NCBI GenBank assembly: GCA_964016885.1
Contig: OZ024743.1
Span: forward strand, 74,834,001-74,898,000
Reading direction: 5' to 3'
From: Eledone cirrhosa
Lineage: Eukaryota
Length of the DNA: 64,000 bases
The position numbers were made by a program, and so were the translations under genes. The notes below the pieces were generated by a model that saw only the letters and a program-made list of their open reading frames with translations, had not been told where the DNA came from and searched no databases. This document shows positions 1 to 13,591 of this stretch, piece after piece (the stretch's first letter is position 1; the number at the start of each line of letters is the position of its first letter).

Positions 1-27
1 TTTAGTCTTCACATTTATTATTATTAC

Positions 28-60
<33 letters not shown>

Positions 61-62
61 AT

Positions 63-131
<69 letters not shown>

Positions 132-427
132 GGTAGGGACATAATCCTGGTATGTATATAAGCATTTCTAACTTTAATTTTATACCTAATTGTGTATGGT
201 TTACCGTATATTTAATCGATTTCCACGTGCTGTTGAAATGTTGGGTAAATATTCTATGGCGGTTGGCCGCGAAGAGATTGCTGTCGTTTATTTATTTACT
301 ATTTCTTCATAGGTGCCTTTTAATCTTATAGCCTGGTCTAATTGATTTTTTGTGTGGTTAATTATACTAATTGGGAGAGGAAATGGTGTATATATATAAT
401 CAAATGATTCTATGGATATACATTATA

Positions 428-471
<44 letters not shown>

Positions 472-474
<3 letters not shown>

Positions 475-663
475 AACGAGTAGGACCCCGACGGCTGAGC
501 TCAAGCCGTTTCGACGGCTAATTCTGTCCAGAATTAGCCGTCGAAACGGCTTGAGCTCAGCCGTCGGGGTCCTACTCGTTCCTATTACCAACTCTACTAC
601 CCTAAGTATTGAGTACTTTGGTGCGTTATGGTCCACCTGGTTCCTTACCACATTTCCTTCGTT
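472..663 (+). mobile_element. Family A fold-back element: 55-bp-arm perfect palindrome (472-583) plus 80-bp tail, between (TA)n tracts
   Basis: aggaacgag...aattctg tc cagaatt...ctcgttcct is an exact inverted repeat. Homologs lie at 17699, 39231 and 52190. Contains the HHR 3' half GAAAC-GGCT..AGCC-GTC. Confidence 0.85.
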
Positions 664-680
664 ATATATATATATATATA

Positions 681-956
681 TAGTAATAATAATAAATGTG
701 AAGACTAAAATCCAAAGAGGGCTCGATAAGGATAAATATATATCAAGTATATAAGAACCCTAGAGCAAATATGTTTCCGTTCATTGCCAGGGAACGTCTT
801 CACGAACCAAAATATTGTCTTCCTGTTTTCCTTCGGTTGCAACGTTTTTCGAAATATTTACTTCTGCGTTCACAGATTGTTTTTTTTTTTTATTTTAAGA
901 AGATCATGTTAAGGGTGAAAGCACCGATTCTTTGCTTAAACTTTAATCTGTTATTT

Positions 957-958
<2 letters not shown>
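681..958. mobile_element. Family B non-autonomous repeat, probably derived from a PLE terminus, with an internal inversion
   Basis: 699-772 matches 22572-22645 directly, while 773-958 is the reverse complement of ~22650-22835. Ends of the same family occur at 1-30, 1835-1900 and 7850-8070. Confidence 0.75.
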
Positions 959-1013
<55 letters not shown>

Positions 1014-1014
<1 letters not shown>

Positions 1015-1459
1015 GTTATTCCGGGTTGAATCGGAGGTAAGCACAGTAAGTAAGTACTCAATACATAGCAAGGTATAAATGTAAGACAGGTGTCTAGGGG
1101 ATGGGTGGAGTTCAATGATTTAAAGAAAAGGGAAATTCTTTAGAAGCTAATTCTTTAAGGCTAAAATAAGGGTGACATAGGCAGAAAAGGTTCCATCAAC
1201 AGATTCAAATGTTGGTCTGAACCCCCTATAGTGAAGTTTCTCTTAATATATATTCCTGGTGTCGACAAGCACATTCACACACGCGCCCACTTACACACGT
1301 ACACACACTTACACGCATGCACATACAGGCAGGCACACACACAACAAACATACATAATGGTACATACATACATATATACATACAAATACTTACATACATA
1401 CACATATACATATATTAGTGTACATACATACGGACACAAATACATATATATACATATAT

Positions 1460-1500
<41 letters not shown>

Positions 1501-1830
1501 GAGAGAGAGACACATATACACACATATATACACAGATATATACACATACATACACACAATATACATATATACATATATACATACATATACACATACATAT
1601 ACGCACATATATACACATATACATATATACACATACGTATACATATACACGCACACACACACACACGCTCTCATGCATACACACGCACACATACACATAT
1701 ATACGTATATATATATATATATATTCATACGTACACCTATCCACACATATTTATATACACACGTACACACACAAATATATACACATATATATACATACAC
1801 ATCCATATACATACATATACACACATATAT
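1014..1830 (-). mobile_element. Solo terminal-repeat/UTR copy of the Naiad-like PLE, with the HHR segment deleted
   Basis: Matches 11390-11445 joined directly to ~11738-12470. Confidence 0.75.
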
Positions 1831-1894
1831 ATATTTGATATATATTTTCCTTATCGAGCCCTCTTTGGACTTTAGTCTTCAATTTTATTATTAT

Positions 1895-1949
<55 letters not shown>

Positions 1950-2235
1950 TACACACATATATATAGATATACACATTTATATACATATACATAGCGTGAA
2001 ATCAAAGACCATATCAATTGTGCTGCATCTCTGTTTTATGTTCTCTGTTCATATAATATACTATACATACACATACATACATACATACATACATACATAC
2101 ATACATACTAACACATACACACATACTTATATATATACATATATTTACATACACAAACACATATATATATATACATACTGTACATATATATATATATACA
2201 CACATACATATACACATACATATACATATACACAT

Positions 2236-2303
<68 letters not shown>

Positions 2304-2337
2304 CTCTTCTTATTATTAATTTTTCTTAATATTAATC

Positions 2338-2385
2338 AACATTTGAAAAGATGGCTTTTGCAGACCCATCGAAACCGGTCATTTT
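2338..2385 (+). ncRNA. Minimal type I hammerhead-like motif, U3:A8 core variant
   Basis: at-TTGAAAA-gatgg[cttttgcagac]ccatc-GAAA-c-cg-GTC-at. Stem III is the palindrome ACCGGT; stem I is weak. Confidence 0.6.
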
Positions 2386-2844
2386 TTATACCCTTTATTA
2401 TTTCCTTACCTTATAAAATTATATGTTTTTTCACAAAAAAGTATTCTGTCTCTTATATATTCCATGTACCATTACCAACCTCAATTTTCTCTCTCTATAT
2501 ATATATACATGTAGATAAATCTACCAAAATGTACGGTAGTGGCCAATCCGTATGAAGGACTCAATGTAATCCGAATATCATGAAAAGAGAAGATGTATTC
2601 AAAAAAATTTTTCGGTGAAAATTAACGGAAAACAGAGTCAAGATAAATTAATAAAATAATGAATAAACAAAGAAACAGTTCCTTATATTAAAAAATTCAT
2701 CATTTTACGATCGTTTCTAGGATATATATGTGTTAGTGCTGGTATGCATATCCTATAGTTCTATGTAAAACTTTTACAAACTATCAGAGGGAGTATACAT
2801 ACCTACACATATATATGCTGTCTTCAGAAATAAAGATATTTTTT

Positions 2845-3285
2845 TATTGAAAAAACCAACAAAGATTTAATACAATAGGTCTGTTTGGGAACAGGTTTTG
2901 AATTGACCAATAGAAAGATAGTGAAGGTCAAGATAGTAATATAGTAGTAAAAGAACCTTAATTTATGGGTAGAGGAAGGTAGATTTCAGTTTTGGATGGA
3001 AAGAATATTATGAATGAAAGATTATTTTAGGGATGAGAATAGGTCATATGTTGACCTCAGAAATAATTATATTTGTTCATTGAATAAAACCAACAAAGAT
3101 TTAATATAGTAGGTTTGTTTGGGAACAGGTTTTGAATTAACCAATAGAAAGGTAATAATTGGCCAAATGGTAAAATAGTAGTAATTGAAATTTATTTTGG
3201 GGTAGAAGAAGGCAGATTTCAGTTTTGAATGGAAGGAGTATGAAGAATGAAAAGTTTATTTTAGGGGTGAAAATAGGTCAGGTCA
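2845..3285. repeat. Diverged tandem duplication, period ~236 bp
   Basis: aaaaccaacaaagatttaata...tttgggaacaggttttgaatt...agatttcagtttt...aataggtca occurs twice. Confidence 0.75.
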
Positions 3286-3587
3286 GTAAAAAGTAACACG
3301 AAAAGTTGCTGTTATAAAAGAATAATGCCAATGTAAATATCTAAGGAGACTAAAATTTTACGATAAAAGTGTTAGTGAAAAAAATATATATGGAATTTAC
3401 ATCCATGAAAAGAATATAAATTAATTTAATTGATGGGTATATTTATATTGATAAAATTATATTAATGCATATAGATATGATAAATAAGGGTTAGATGTAA
3501 TTGAAGAGTGCTGTTAAAGACGAGGGGAAATTAAATAAATATAAAAAGAATATATATATATATAATTATTGGGGGGGGGGGGGGGGG

Positions 3588-3654
<67 letters not shown>

Positions 3655-4018
3655 AAGTATGAATTCCTACGTGTAAACAATACATATAGGGAAACAAGTA
3701 TTATCCAACCGTATGCCAATGTGGTTCGATGGCGGGTTAATAAATTAACAAGCCAGAACATATAAAATCGAGGTACACGTACGAATTCATACATTATTAT
3801 TATTGATCCCCCCCTAAGGTAGAGATAAAATTTTGGCCGTTTGGACTGCTGCTATTTCTAGTGGCAGGACATTGACCTGTCCACCCTGCCTTTTGTCTTT
3901 GCACACGACACCAGACAGAATTATTTCTTTCATCATCCGCTTTCATTTGGGAATGGTTTTGTATGGCGTCAGTTTGTGATTTGAACTCGGGGATTTTATA
4001 ATCTCCGAGGGAGAAGAG

Positions 4019-4098
4019 CCTTCTGAGTATTGCTCCCTTCTCAATGGATATCCGCTTGGATTTTCCGTTTATTCTGGAGCATGAAACCGCGGTAAAGG
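4019..4098 (+). ncRNA. Type I hammerhead-like motif with one core substitution
   Basis: cctt-CTGAGTA-t-tgctcc...ggagca-t-GAAA-ccgcg-GTA-aagg. Stems I and II pair and stem III is the palindrome ACCGCGGT; G8 is replaced by U. Confidence 0.6.
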
Positions 4099-4230
4099 AA
4101 CATATAGTAAGTACAGCGAATTTTTTTTTATTTATATTAAAACTTTTTCTCTATTTGTTAGACCTCGATTTTATGTAAATATATATACATACACGTACAT
4201 ACACACATACATACATACACCGACACATAT

Positions 4231-4311
<81 letters not shown>

Positions 4312-4576
4312 TATATATACATATACACACATATATATATATATACATACACATACACATACACATATATATAAATATACACATAAATATACACACATAT
4401 ACATACACTGTGCATACATATAAATATATACATAAACATACATACAATATATACATACATACACATACAAATACACACATACATATATAAATATAAGTAA
4501 ATACACAAGAACACACAAACACACATACAGGGACATATATATCCAAATATAGATATATAAATATATATAAATATAT

Positions 4577-4884
4577 AGGCACATGGCTTAGTGGTTAGAG
4601 CATTAGCCTTGCAATCGAAAGGTTGTGAGTTCAATTCTCAGACCGGATGATGTGTTTTTTCCTTGAGCAAGACACTTTATTTCACATTGCTCCAGTTTAC
4701 TCAGCTGTAGAAATGAGATGATAGGATGCAAAGTGGATGTGGAGGTGCCACGGCAAAAAAGCACCCAGCACTCACTGTAAATGAGGTTGGTGTTAGGAAG
4801 GGCATCCAGCTGTAGAAATCAAGTCAGACTCAGTTCCCGTCCCACCCTTGCAAGCAGGGAAAAAGCGGACGTAAAATGAAATGA

Positions 4885-4888
<4 letters not shown>
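4577..4888 (+). mobile_element. tRNA-derived SINE
   Basis: A box tggcttagtgg, B box gagttcaattc, ccttgagcaagacact body. The tail ...aaaagcggacgtaaaatga also occurs at 61310-61380. Confidence 0.8.
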
Positions 4889-4930
<42 letters not shown>

Positions 4931-5029
4931 TACATATACACACACACATATACATATATATATATATAAATATTTCGTTTCTGAATTTGTTTAGCAAGAT
5001 TCTTTATCTGGAAACGTGTGTTGAAACCG

Positions 5030-5518
5030 ATATTGTTATACTTTGGGAGGGTCATGTTGCCAATAAGAAACACACGCACCAGTTGCTTTCACTCCAATTT
5101 ATTATAAATTAAATTATAAATTTAAAAATGTATAAATTTCCGCTTGGTTGGTTGGTTGGTTGGTTCCACAACCGGACGGTTTTCCATATATTGTCAAAGT
5201 TCTTTCGTCACACATTGTGTGACCTCTTCAGTGACTGGGAATTCTTTTCTTTGTTTTGTGCCTCTCCTTTGTTCTGTAGGACAGAACAAAGGAGAGGCAC
5301 AAAACAAAGAAAAGAATCCCCAGTCACTGAAGAAGTCACAAAATGTGTGACGAAAGAACTTTTACAATATACGAACAACCGTCCGGTTGTGTAACCAACC
5401 AACCAACCGGAAATTTATAAATTTTTAAATTTATAATTTAATTTATAATAAATTGGAGAAAGCAACTGGTGCGTGTGTTTCTTATTGGCAACATGACCCT
5501 CCGAAAGTATAACAATAT
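5030..5518. mobile_element. Family C ~490-bp imperfect palindrome with one HHR-like motif per arm (inverted PLE terminal repeats)
   Basis: Centre ttctgt-agg-acagaa at 5278-5280. The minus arm (5193-5235) reads gtca-CTGAAGA-g-gtcac..gtgac-GAAA-gaac-tt-tgac, and the plus arm has the equivalent at 5322-5365. Confidence 0.8.
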
Positions 5519-5740
5519 ATATAAATATATATACTGTATATATATATTGTTATACTTGGGGAGGGTCATATTGTTGTAATAATATTGCCAGAATTAATAA
5601 CAGAACACACTCACTGTTTGGTTGGTTTTCGCTTCTGTATCTTTTATATCAGTTAATTTATTCGGTCCTCAATGTTTACCATTGACTGACCAACGGTCAA
5701 AAATACAGATATAATATACACACAAACGCATATATATAAT

Positions 5741-7452
5741 CTAACAAACTTCTTTCGAAGCACATCTGCTACATCGTCAGTGGTGCTATTATGTTTTTTC
5801 CTCCTGTTGTATTGTATGTCTACGCCATCTTTATTTAATCTGTTTATTTATTTATCTATTTTTGTCTTCTTCTCTGCGCATGCGTTTGCGTGTGTGTATA
5901 GTGTTTGATGTGTGTTCGCGTTTGGGTGACTGTGTTTTGGTTATTGTATTCTATCTTAGTTTACTAGTGTGTGTTTATATGTGTTTGTTGTTATTGTGCT
6001 TGTGTATATATTTATTTATATTTCTCTTAGGTCAGTATTGTTTGTTTGGGGTTGTTGTTATTCCATTCATTTTTTCTGTTTAGCTTTGGCCTTTTAAGTT
6101 CTATTTCACTGGCCTCTCTGATTTGCCTATCTGCTGGGTCATTTCTATGTTTAGATATTATTTTAATTTCTATGTTGTCTATGTTACCGTCGTGTTGTTG
6201 TCTGGCGTATTCTTATAGTACTGAACCGTTTTTTCGTCCCTTTAGTTCCCTCAGTGTTGGTCTATCCTTTCAGCTATGCTCCGAGCTGTCTCGCCTATGT
6301 ATGTTGTTGTCATGTTTCTGCAAGTACCCTCTGTACATCGTAAGCTATAGACTACGTTTCTAGTTTTACAGTTTATCCGAGGGTTTACTTTACATATAAT
6401 ACATTTCCTATTAGTACAGTGGGTTTTCTTAAAAGGGTATGTTTTGCAGACCAGGGATTTTATGGTGGTTCCTGGATTTTCTACCACCTTAATCTTTAAG
6501 TGGGTCTTTCTCTACACTGGTTAGCTAATTTCCCTCCAGGGGGTAGCGTCCACGAGCATGACACTCTGGTATCTCTGGTTGTACCATGAGGTGGCTTTGC
6601 CTATCATATGTTTAGTCCTATCTAAGCTATTTTTGCTCCTGTATAATGGGCAAATTCCTTTCATGTCCAGTTCTATGAGGGTCTTATACTTCTCTGTGGC
6701 TCCTTCGTATACTCTGATTCTGTCTCTTTGGTTGTAGCCAGAGAACTGCATGCGGTTGATGAAGTGTTGGATGTGTTTTTCCATTTCTGTTGGGTCGCAC
6801 ATGCGGGACACGTTCTTCGTCACTCGTACCAAGTCTGCGATCAGAATATTAAACTTAGTACTACTGGACATTGCTGAGTTTTTGAGTATCAGGTATTTGA
6901 AGGCCATGGGTTTAGCGTAGTGTGAGTGGAGAATTTGGGTTCTCTCGTCTATAGTGTTAATCCAGAGTTCCGTGTCTAATATAGGTAGTCTATTGTTAGG
7001 GTGTTTGGAAGGGTAGTCGATAGTTACAGTTATACTCTGGTGTATGGAATTAGCTATCTGCTGGATGCTTTCCATTGTGCTACATTCTAAATCATACGTG
7101 TTAGTACACTCTTGTGGGAATGTCCTTATTACTATATTAATGTCGTCTACGTAACGAGAGTACATGATGAGGTCTATGGCGCTCTCATCAATGAGATCTT
7201 TGAGTCTCCTTTCCTACCATACCATAAAAAGATTGGCAACGTCACCAGCTATGCTGACGCCGATGGCTGCTCCCTCATTTTGGGTGTAGATCTTCTCGTT
7301 GAATTGGAATATGTGGCCCTTTAGAGCAGGTTTAATACTAGACCCTATTGCATGTGCGACCATTTTTCTTACCTGATCATTGTTATGGGGGGTCCGTATG
7401 GCTTTGGTCCACCCAATCCACCTTCCCATGGGAGTCTTTTTGCGATTGAGGT
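5741..7452 (-). mobile_element. 5'-truncated, decayed Penelope-like retroelement (Neptune-like): RT plus GIY-YIG endonuclease
   Basis: GAAIGVSIAGDVANLFM, YSRYVDD, LPILD, Cys linker CTNRKCIIC, VVYSLRC...YIGETARSIAERIDQH, with stops and frameshifts. HHR-like CTGACGA...CGAAAG at 5741-5785. Confidence 0.9.
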
Positions 7453-7616
7453 TATATATATATATATATTTATATATACACGTATATATACATATAAACA
7501 CACATACACATATAAAGACTCACACACACATACATATATATATATACATATACACATACATATACATATATATATATATATAGATATAGATATACACACA
7601 TATATATATAAATAGA

Positions 7617-7663
<47 letters not shown>

Positions 7664-7766
7664 CAACATTCACATATACACATACATACATATAAATACA
7701 TACATACACATACATATACATATATACATACATATACACATACATATACATATAATACATATATAC

Positions 7767-7849
<83 letters not shown>

Positions 7850-7854
<5 letters not shown>

Positions 7855-8070
7855 TAAAATAACAAATTAAAGTTTAAGCAAAGAATCGCTGCTTTCACCC
7901 TTAACGGGATCTTCTGAGGATCCCGTTAAGGGTGAAAGCAGCGATTCTTTGCTTAAACTTTAATCTGTTATTTTAGTAAATATTTGCTCTACGGTTCTTA
8001 TATATTTGATATATATTTATCCTTATCGAGCCTTCTTTGGATTTTAGTCTTCAAATTTATTATTATTACT
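7850..8070 (+). mobile_element. Family B fold-back palindrome (~65-bp arms, 7850-7980) plus tail
   Basis: ...ttaacgggatcttc t gaggatcccgttaa... centred on 7915; contains CTGAGGA-tccc-gttaa-gggt-GAAA. Confidence 0.8.
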
Positions 8071-8083
8071 ATATATATACACA

Positions 8084-8715
8084 TCTCCGTACGTTTCTTC
8101 GGAAAGTATGTGTATTCCCTTTCAGAAACTAATTAGTTGGAGTGAAATTTTAGTAAGTAAGTTAATTTTATAATTTTCTTATTTTACGTCTCTCATATTA
8201 TTGTTCTGCATCCCCATGCATTGAACCACAAAGTTACTAAGACAAAAACTATATATTTGCTAGCATAAGTATGCATCTGTGTATATATATGTTACTAGAT
8301 ATACTAATTCTTTATAATTATCTCCAAATTATTTTGTCGAGCAAAAATTGGCCAAAACTGCTACTATAGCAACAGTCCGGCTGTTGTCTTCTTAACAAAC
8401 TACTCTTCACTGATTGACCTCGATGTCACGTGATTGATTCTTTTGAATTTGCCAACGACGCAGTAGGCAGTGATTTTCTCGATGGCTTGGAATTTAGTCC
8501 ACCCTTTGCTTTTTTCCATCCACTGAATTATTTTTGTATAAGTTCCCTGTGTCCACGTATTGCCTGGAAACTTAGCTGAGAATAGACTTCCCTGATGACG
8601 AAAGGCTTCTCCGTACGTTTCTTCGGAAAGTATGTATATTCCCTTTCAGAAACTAATTAGTTGGAGTGAAATTTTAGTAAGTAAGTTAATTTTATAATTT
8701 TCTTATTTTACGTCC

Positions 8716-8720
<5 letters not shown>
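8084..8720. mobile_element. Non-coding unit with ~113-bp terminal direct repeats (period ~524 bp) between (TA)n tracts
   Basis: 8084-8197 is nearly identical to 8608-8720. CTGATGA at 8592 immediately precedes the second repeat. Confidence 0.6.
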
Positions 8721-8767
<47 letters not shown>

Positions 8768-8778
8768 TATATATATAT

Positions 8779-8816
<38 letters not shown>

Positions 8817-8871
8817 ACCTATGAATATATACACCCATACACATACATACACATACACACAGATATATATA

Positions 8872-8929
<58 letters not shown>

Positions 8930-8944
<15 letters not shown>

Positions 8945-11900
8945 GCAAACATGCACATACATACACATATACGCATATACATATAAACTCACGTACACAC
9001 ATACGTGCGGCCACTCAAACAAATACGTACTTACATACACTCATAAGAATACACATGTACACAAACGCACATATACAGTATACAGATGAAGTACACTCTA
9101 CATGCGGAAAGAGCAGATAGGTAAGAAGTACTTACATGACTATACTGCCGTGGTTTCTGTTCAAGAGGGGGTATGGGTAGGTGGGAAGGAGATGGAGGGG
9201 GTAAATTGTCGAGTGGGTTTTTTTTTTAAAAAGGGAAGTCTTTTTTAGCCATCTGGCATTAACACTGGCTTAAGGTATTTGAAAGTTGCAAAGTTTTTGT
9301 GCATGCATTTCGGGCAGTGTTCAGAGAGTTTGTTCAGTAGCGGGTCCTTGGCAAATAATATTTCGTAGCTCTCTGAGATACAAAGGTCGCGGCACTTGTG
9401 TCCTCCCTTGTATGAGCGCGCACTCTGGAGTATTTTCCATTTAAGCGTGAAGGGGGTGGAGTTCTTTTGAGGTCCCAAACATAGGAGGCGAGTGTTGTCT
9501 GATTTTATTTGTCCGGTCTTCTGAAAGAGTGGGTATGGGCATACCACCGGGTCTTAAAATTATTGGAAGTCATGCCGATGTAAGTCTTTTTGTTGTTGCT
9601 ATCATCGGTGCCAGAGATGACATCACATTTGTATACGATGTCATTTATCAGGCATTTGTTTTTAAGTGGGCAGGCTTCCTTATTTAGGCAGTTGCACAAG
9701 GCCTCAGTCCGGGGATTGGGTTCGGAGGTGGTTGGCTTATTTAATTTTTTTAGAATTGAGATTGGCTATATTCCTAGCTAGGTTAGGTGCAGTGGAGTAG
9801 GAGAGTCGTATTGTGTTCTTATTAAAGATAATGTAGTACCTATGTTGTATGGGCAAAGTGAAGAAAGTACCAACTAATCTGCCTATGCCTATTCCTCCTA
9901 TCTAGTCTTGCGGTGGTTTCTAGGTAAGTTATCTTTTCTTTAAATCCGCTGCGGGCGAGGGCGTCATTGTAGTAGGAGGCGGAGGCATTAAATATATCTT
10001 CATTGGCCGAGGCCGGAGACTCTAATTGAGACGCTTTTTACTAAGTTATCAGTGATGTTATTGGGGTGGTTAGAATTAACATTAATACATCTAAGGGGCT
10101 CGTTAGGTTTGTGGTACGAGTAATAGAGGGAAGTATCTAGGTCGAGAGTAACATCTAAAAAGTTGGCCCTAGTCGTATGAGATTCTATAGGTATACTGTA
10201 TCCTAGATTACAGAAGAACGAGCTTAAGTTTCTCCGGAACCCATCAGTGGTTCTGGGGTTAACCTTGTGCAAGGCGAAGAGGCAGTCGTCTCGGTATAAA
10301 CCTCCGGTGAGGCCAGTAAAGAGGTTCTTCAGGTGATGTAAAATGTACAAGCTCACGAGGTCGCTTATTTCAGCCGAATCACTTGCTCCCATGCTGAAGT
10401 GAAAGGGGATCCGAGACTTCTTATTGATCCAGTAAGATCCCTCGTGGTGTAGGAAGGTCTTAAGGGCATGGAGGATTACATCTTGCTCAGCGTCGGTTAT
10501 GGTGGTAAAGTTCCTGGCAAAAGTAAGTGCGTCCTTCAGGAGGGGCTCCGAGATAGAAGCATAGTAGTCTTCTATGTCGAGTTGCAGGAAGCGAGTGTGG
10601 CGTTTGTCGGGCAGTTTTTGGAACCATGATATTGCCTCAGATGTTCTGCTCCAGTGGGAGTGGTGAGGCAGCCCACAATGATGGTAGAACTCTATCGAGG
10701 ATCTTTTTGCTGATAGAGCCGATGTCCGAATGTATGCGGTTGATAAGTCTTACTGATCGTTTGTTGAGGAAGTTTCCCTTGTGGTCTTTCCGGGTAAAGT
10801 GCGGGATCTTTACCCCTAAAGGTTCCGTTCGGTCGTGTATTTTAAGGGACTTTGCGATTTCTTTTCCGGCCGCATTTGTCTCAGTCAATGCCATCTCATT
10901 TACCTTTTTGTAGGTGGTCGTGATGGCATTTTTAGCCAGCTTATTATAGGTGCGTTGATCTACCTCATAAACGTTTTTGGTTTTATCGGAGAAGACATGG
11001 AGATTGGGGGAATTTTTTATATTCCGCATTTCAGTATTTAAGTAAGCCTGGAATGGTGTGTTGGCTCTACTACATTTGATATCCTTGATCATCTTGAAGA
11101 GGTCTTCCTCAAATGGTTCAAGTAGGCTGTTGGTGGGTGGTGCCTTATTCGTTTTGAAACCGAAATTCTCATCATTGATAGATGCTACATTATGGTTGTC
11201 GAGGAAGAAGGTTCTCCATCTAATTCGCTTGATGAATTCGTCTGTACGTCTGATGAGTGGTTTTAGGTACAGTTTCCTTGAAGGGATAGGGATGTTCTTC
11301 ATGGAGACATCAAGATCGAGTTTGGGCGGCATAGTTTCTTGGTGATGGTTATGAGGGGCACTAAGAGTGCTAAAAGATAAGTTATTCCGGTTTGAATCGG
11401 AGGTAACCACAGTAAGTAAGGTACTCAATAAATGGCAGAGTATAAAAGTTTTAATATAGAAGAGCTTCTACAGGACTAGAACTGTTTCATTCGTGGGAAA
11501 TCATCAGGAAGCTGGCTATCCAAGTAAATGGTAGTATTTATGTCTTTCCTTATCTAGTGGTAGGAGAGGGTGGGGATTGGTATGGGTGTAGGTCATTGGT
11601 TGAAGGATTTAAAGAAAGGGGGATTCATTAAAAGCTAATTCTTTAAAGCTATAATATTAACAAAGGCAGAAAGAATACTGTAAACAAATTCAAAATTGGA
11701 TTACCAATCCTAGTTTATCACTTAAAGTAACAATGCCTGTAAGACAGGTGTCTACAGGATGGGTGGGGTTCAATGGTTTAAAGAAAAGGGAAAACCTTTA
11801 GAAGCTAATTCTTTAAGGCTGGAATAAGTGTGACAAAGGCAGAAAAGGTTCCATCAACAGATTCAAGTGTTGGGGTGAACCCCCTTATTGTGAAGTTTCT

Positions 11901-12470
11901 CTTAATATATATTCCAGGTGTCGCCAAGCACATTCACACACGCGCCCACTTACACACGTACGCACACTTACATGCACGCACACACAAGCAGGCACACACA
12001 CTACAAACATACATAATGGTACATACACACATACATACATACAAATACTTACATACATACACATATACATATATATGTGTACATACATACGCACACAAAT
12101 ACACATATACATATATATACATACATACATATATATATATATACATATATATATATACATATATATAGACACATATACACATATATATACAGATATATAC
12201 ACATACATACACACAAACCCACATACACACACAATATACATATATACATATATACATACATATACACATACATATATACACATATATACACATATACATA
12301 TATACACATACATATACATATACACGCACACACACGCTCTCATGCATACACACATACACACACATATATATGTATATATATATGTATATATATATTCATA
12401 CGTACACTAATACATTCATATTTATATAAACACGTACACACAAATATATACATATATATATAGATACACA
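8930..12470 (-). mobile_element. Near full-length decayed Penelope-like element, Naiad-like; ORF remnants 11341 to 9245
   Basis: N-terminal SMKNIPIPS, RT MGASDSAEISDLV and LYRDD, NFLDVTLDL, linker CxCx5Cx5C (CNCLNKEACPLKNKC), IVYKC...YIGMT, DLCISE. The upstream terminal repeat carries an HHR. Confidence 0.9.
11463..11513 (-). ncRNA. Type I hammerhead ribozyme in the PLE terminal repeat, canonical core
   Basis: agcttc-CTGATGA-tttc-ccac-gaat-GAAAC-ag-ttctagtc-ct-GTA-gaagct. 6-bp stem I, stem III acag/ctgt, GUA cleavage triplet. Confidence 0.8.
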
Positions 12471-12475
12471 TACAT

Positions 12476-12524
<49 letters not shown>

Positions 12525-12527
<3 letters not shown>

Positions 12528-13481
12528 TCTTACATGAATATATATTAGGCTTCTACATAAACTGGAAACATTCTCCCAAACTTGTAGAAAACTTATAATG
12601 AAACAATTGTTTGGAAAGAGAGATATACTTTAACTTTAATTATATCTCATAAAATAATACAACTGGTTTTTCCACATTATACATATTGTTAGCACCCCAA
12701 ACACTTAAATTGGGTTTATATTTTAATATAACCTAATGTTTGTTGAGTGAGATGGTTACCAGTCAGAGTTTAGCTTTAAACTATCTCTGTTATTGTATTA
12801 AATATTTACTCTTGATTGGCCAGAGGTGTTTATTTCCAGGTACCTTATGAATTTGACTTTCCGTATTTATTACTGTTGTGAAATATTGTGGCTTTTTTTG
12901 TTGTAACTTCTCTGTTTTTTAGCCTAGGAAAACATATATATATATGCCTACGTATATAATTACATGCATATATGTATTTATTTTCTTTTATTAATTGAGT
13001 TCTTTACACGAGGAATTAATATTGGTTTTGAAATAACTAATTAACCCGCGTGTGTTTTATATTTTACTCTTAATAATTCGGCCGGAGAATTATATTCCCA
13101 TTTGCCCTTTATAGCATAACTTTCTGCATTTACTGCGGTTATGAGAAGCGGTTCTTATTCGGGTACAACTTCTGATTTAGCCTAAGAAAATATCTATATG
13201 CGTGTGTAATTTATACAAGCATATATTTATTTTTTTATTTTCAATTGAGTTCTTAAACACGTTGGATTGATAATGTTTTCAAAAAAACTAATTAACCCGC
13301 GTGTATATTATTATTTTTTTTCCTCATTTCGTGGATCGTAGGTTTTCTCTCCCCTTCCCGCTTCGTGTCGCTATGATACTTCCTCAGTCAAAAACTGCTG
13401 GAATTTCAAATCTGGCGGTCATTCGAGGTGAGAGAGAGCAACTTTACGGACATGATTTTTGACAGCGGTAAGAAATTGTTT
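12525..13481 (+). mobile_element. Family E non-coding repeat, a circular permutation of 43661-44510
   Basis: 12525-12803 is the reverse complement of 43661-43938, and 12960-13481 is the reverse complement of ~43990-44510. Internal ~250-bp duplication. Confidence 0.8.
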
Positions 13482-13537
13482 TCATACATATATATATATA
13501 TATATACACACATACATATACACATACACATACATAT

Positions 13538-13589
<52 letters not shown>

Positions 13590-13591
<2 letters not shown>

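Noticed and set aside
2700-2790. Minus-strand GAAAC-GATC-GTA preceded by a taggatat/atatccta stem
   Set aside because: No CUGANGA or UUGANAA core lies adjacent to the stem; at best a relic.
4577-4650. tRNA genes here and at 25310, 29690 and 36222
   Set aside because: A/B boxes run into SINE bodies and no complete cloverleaf forms.
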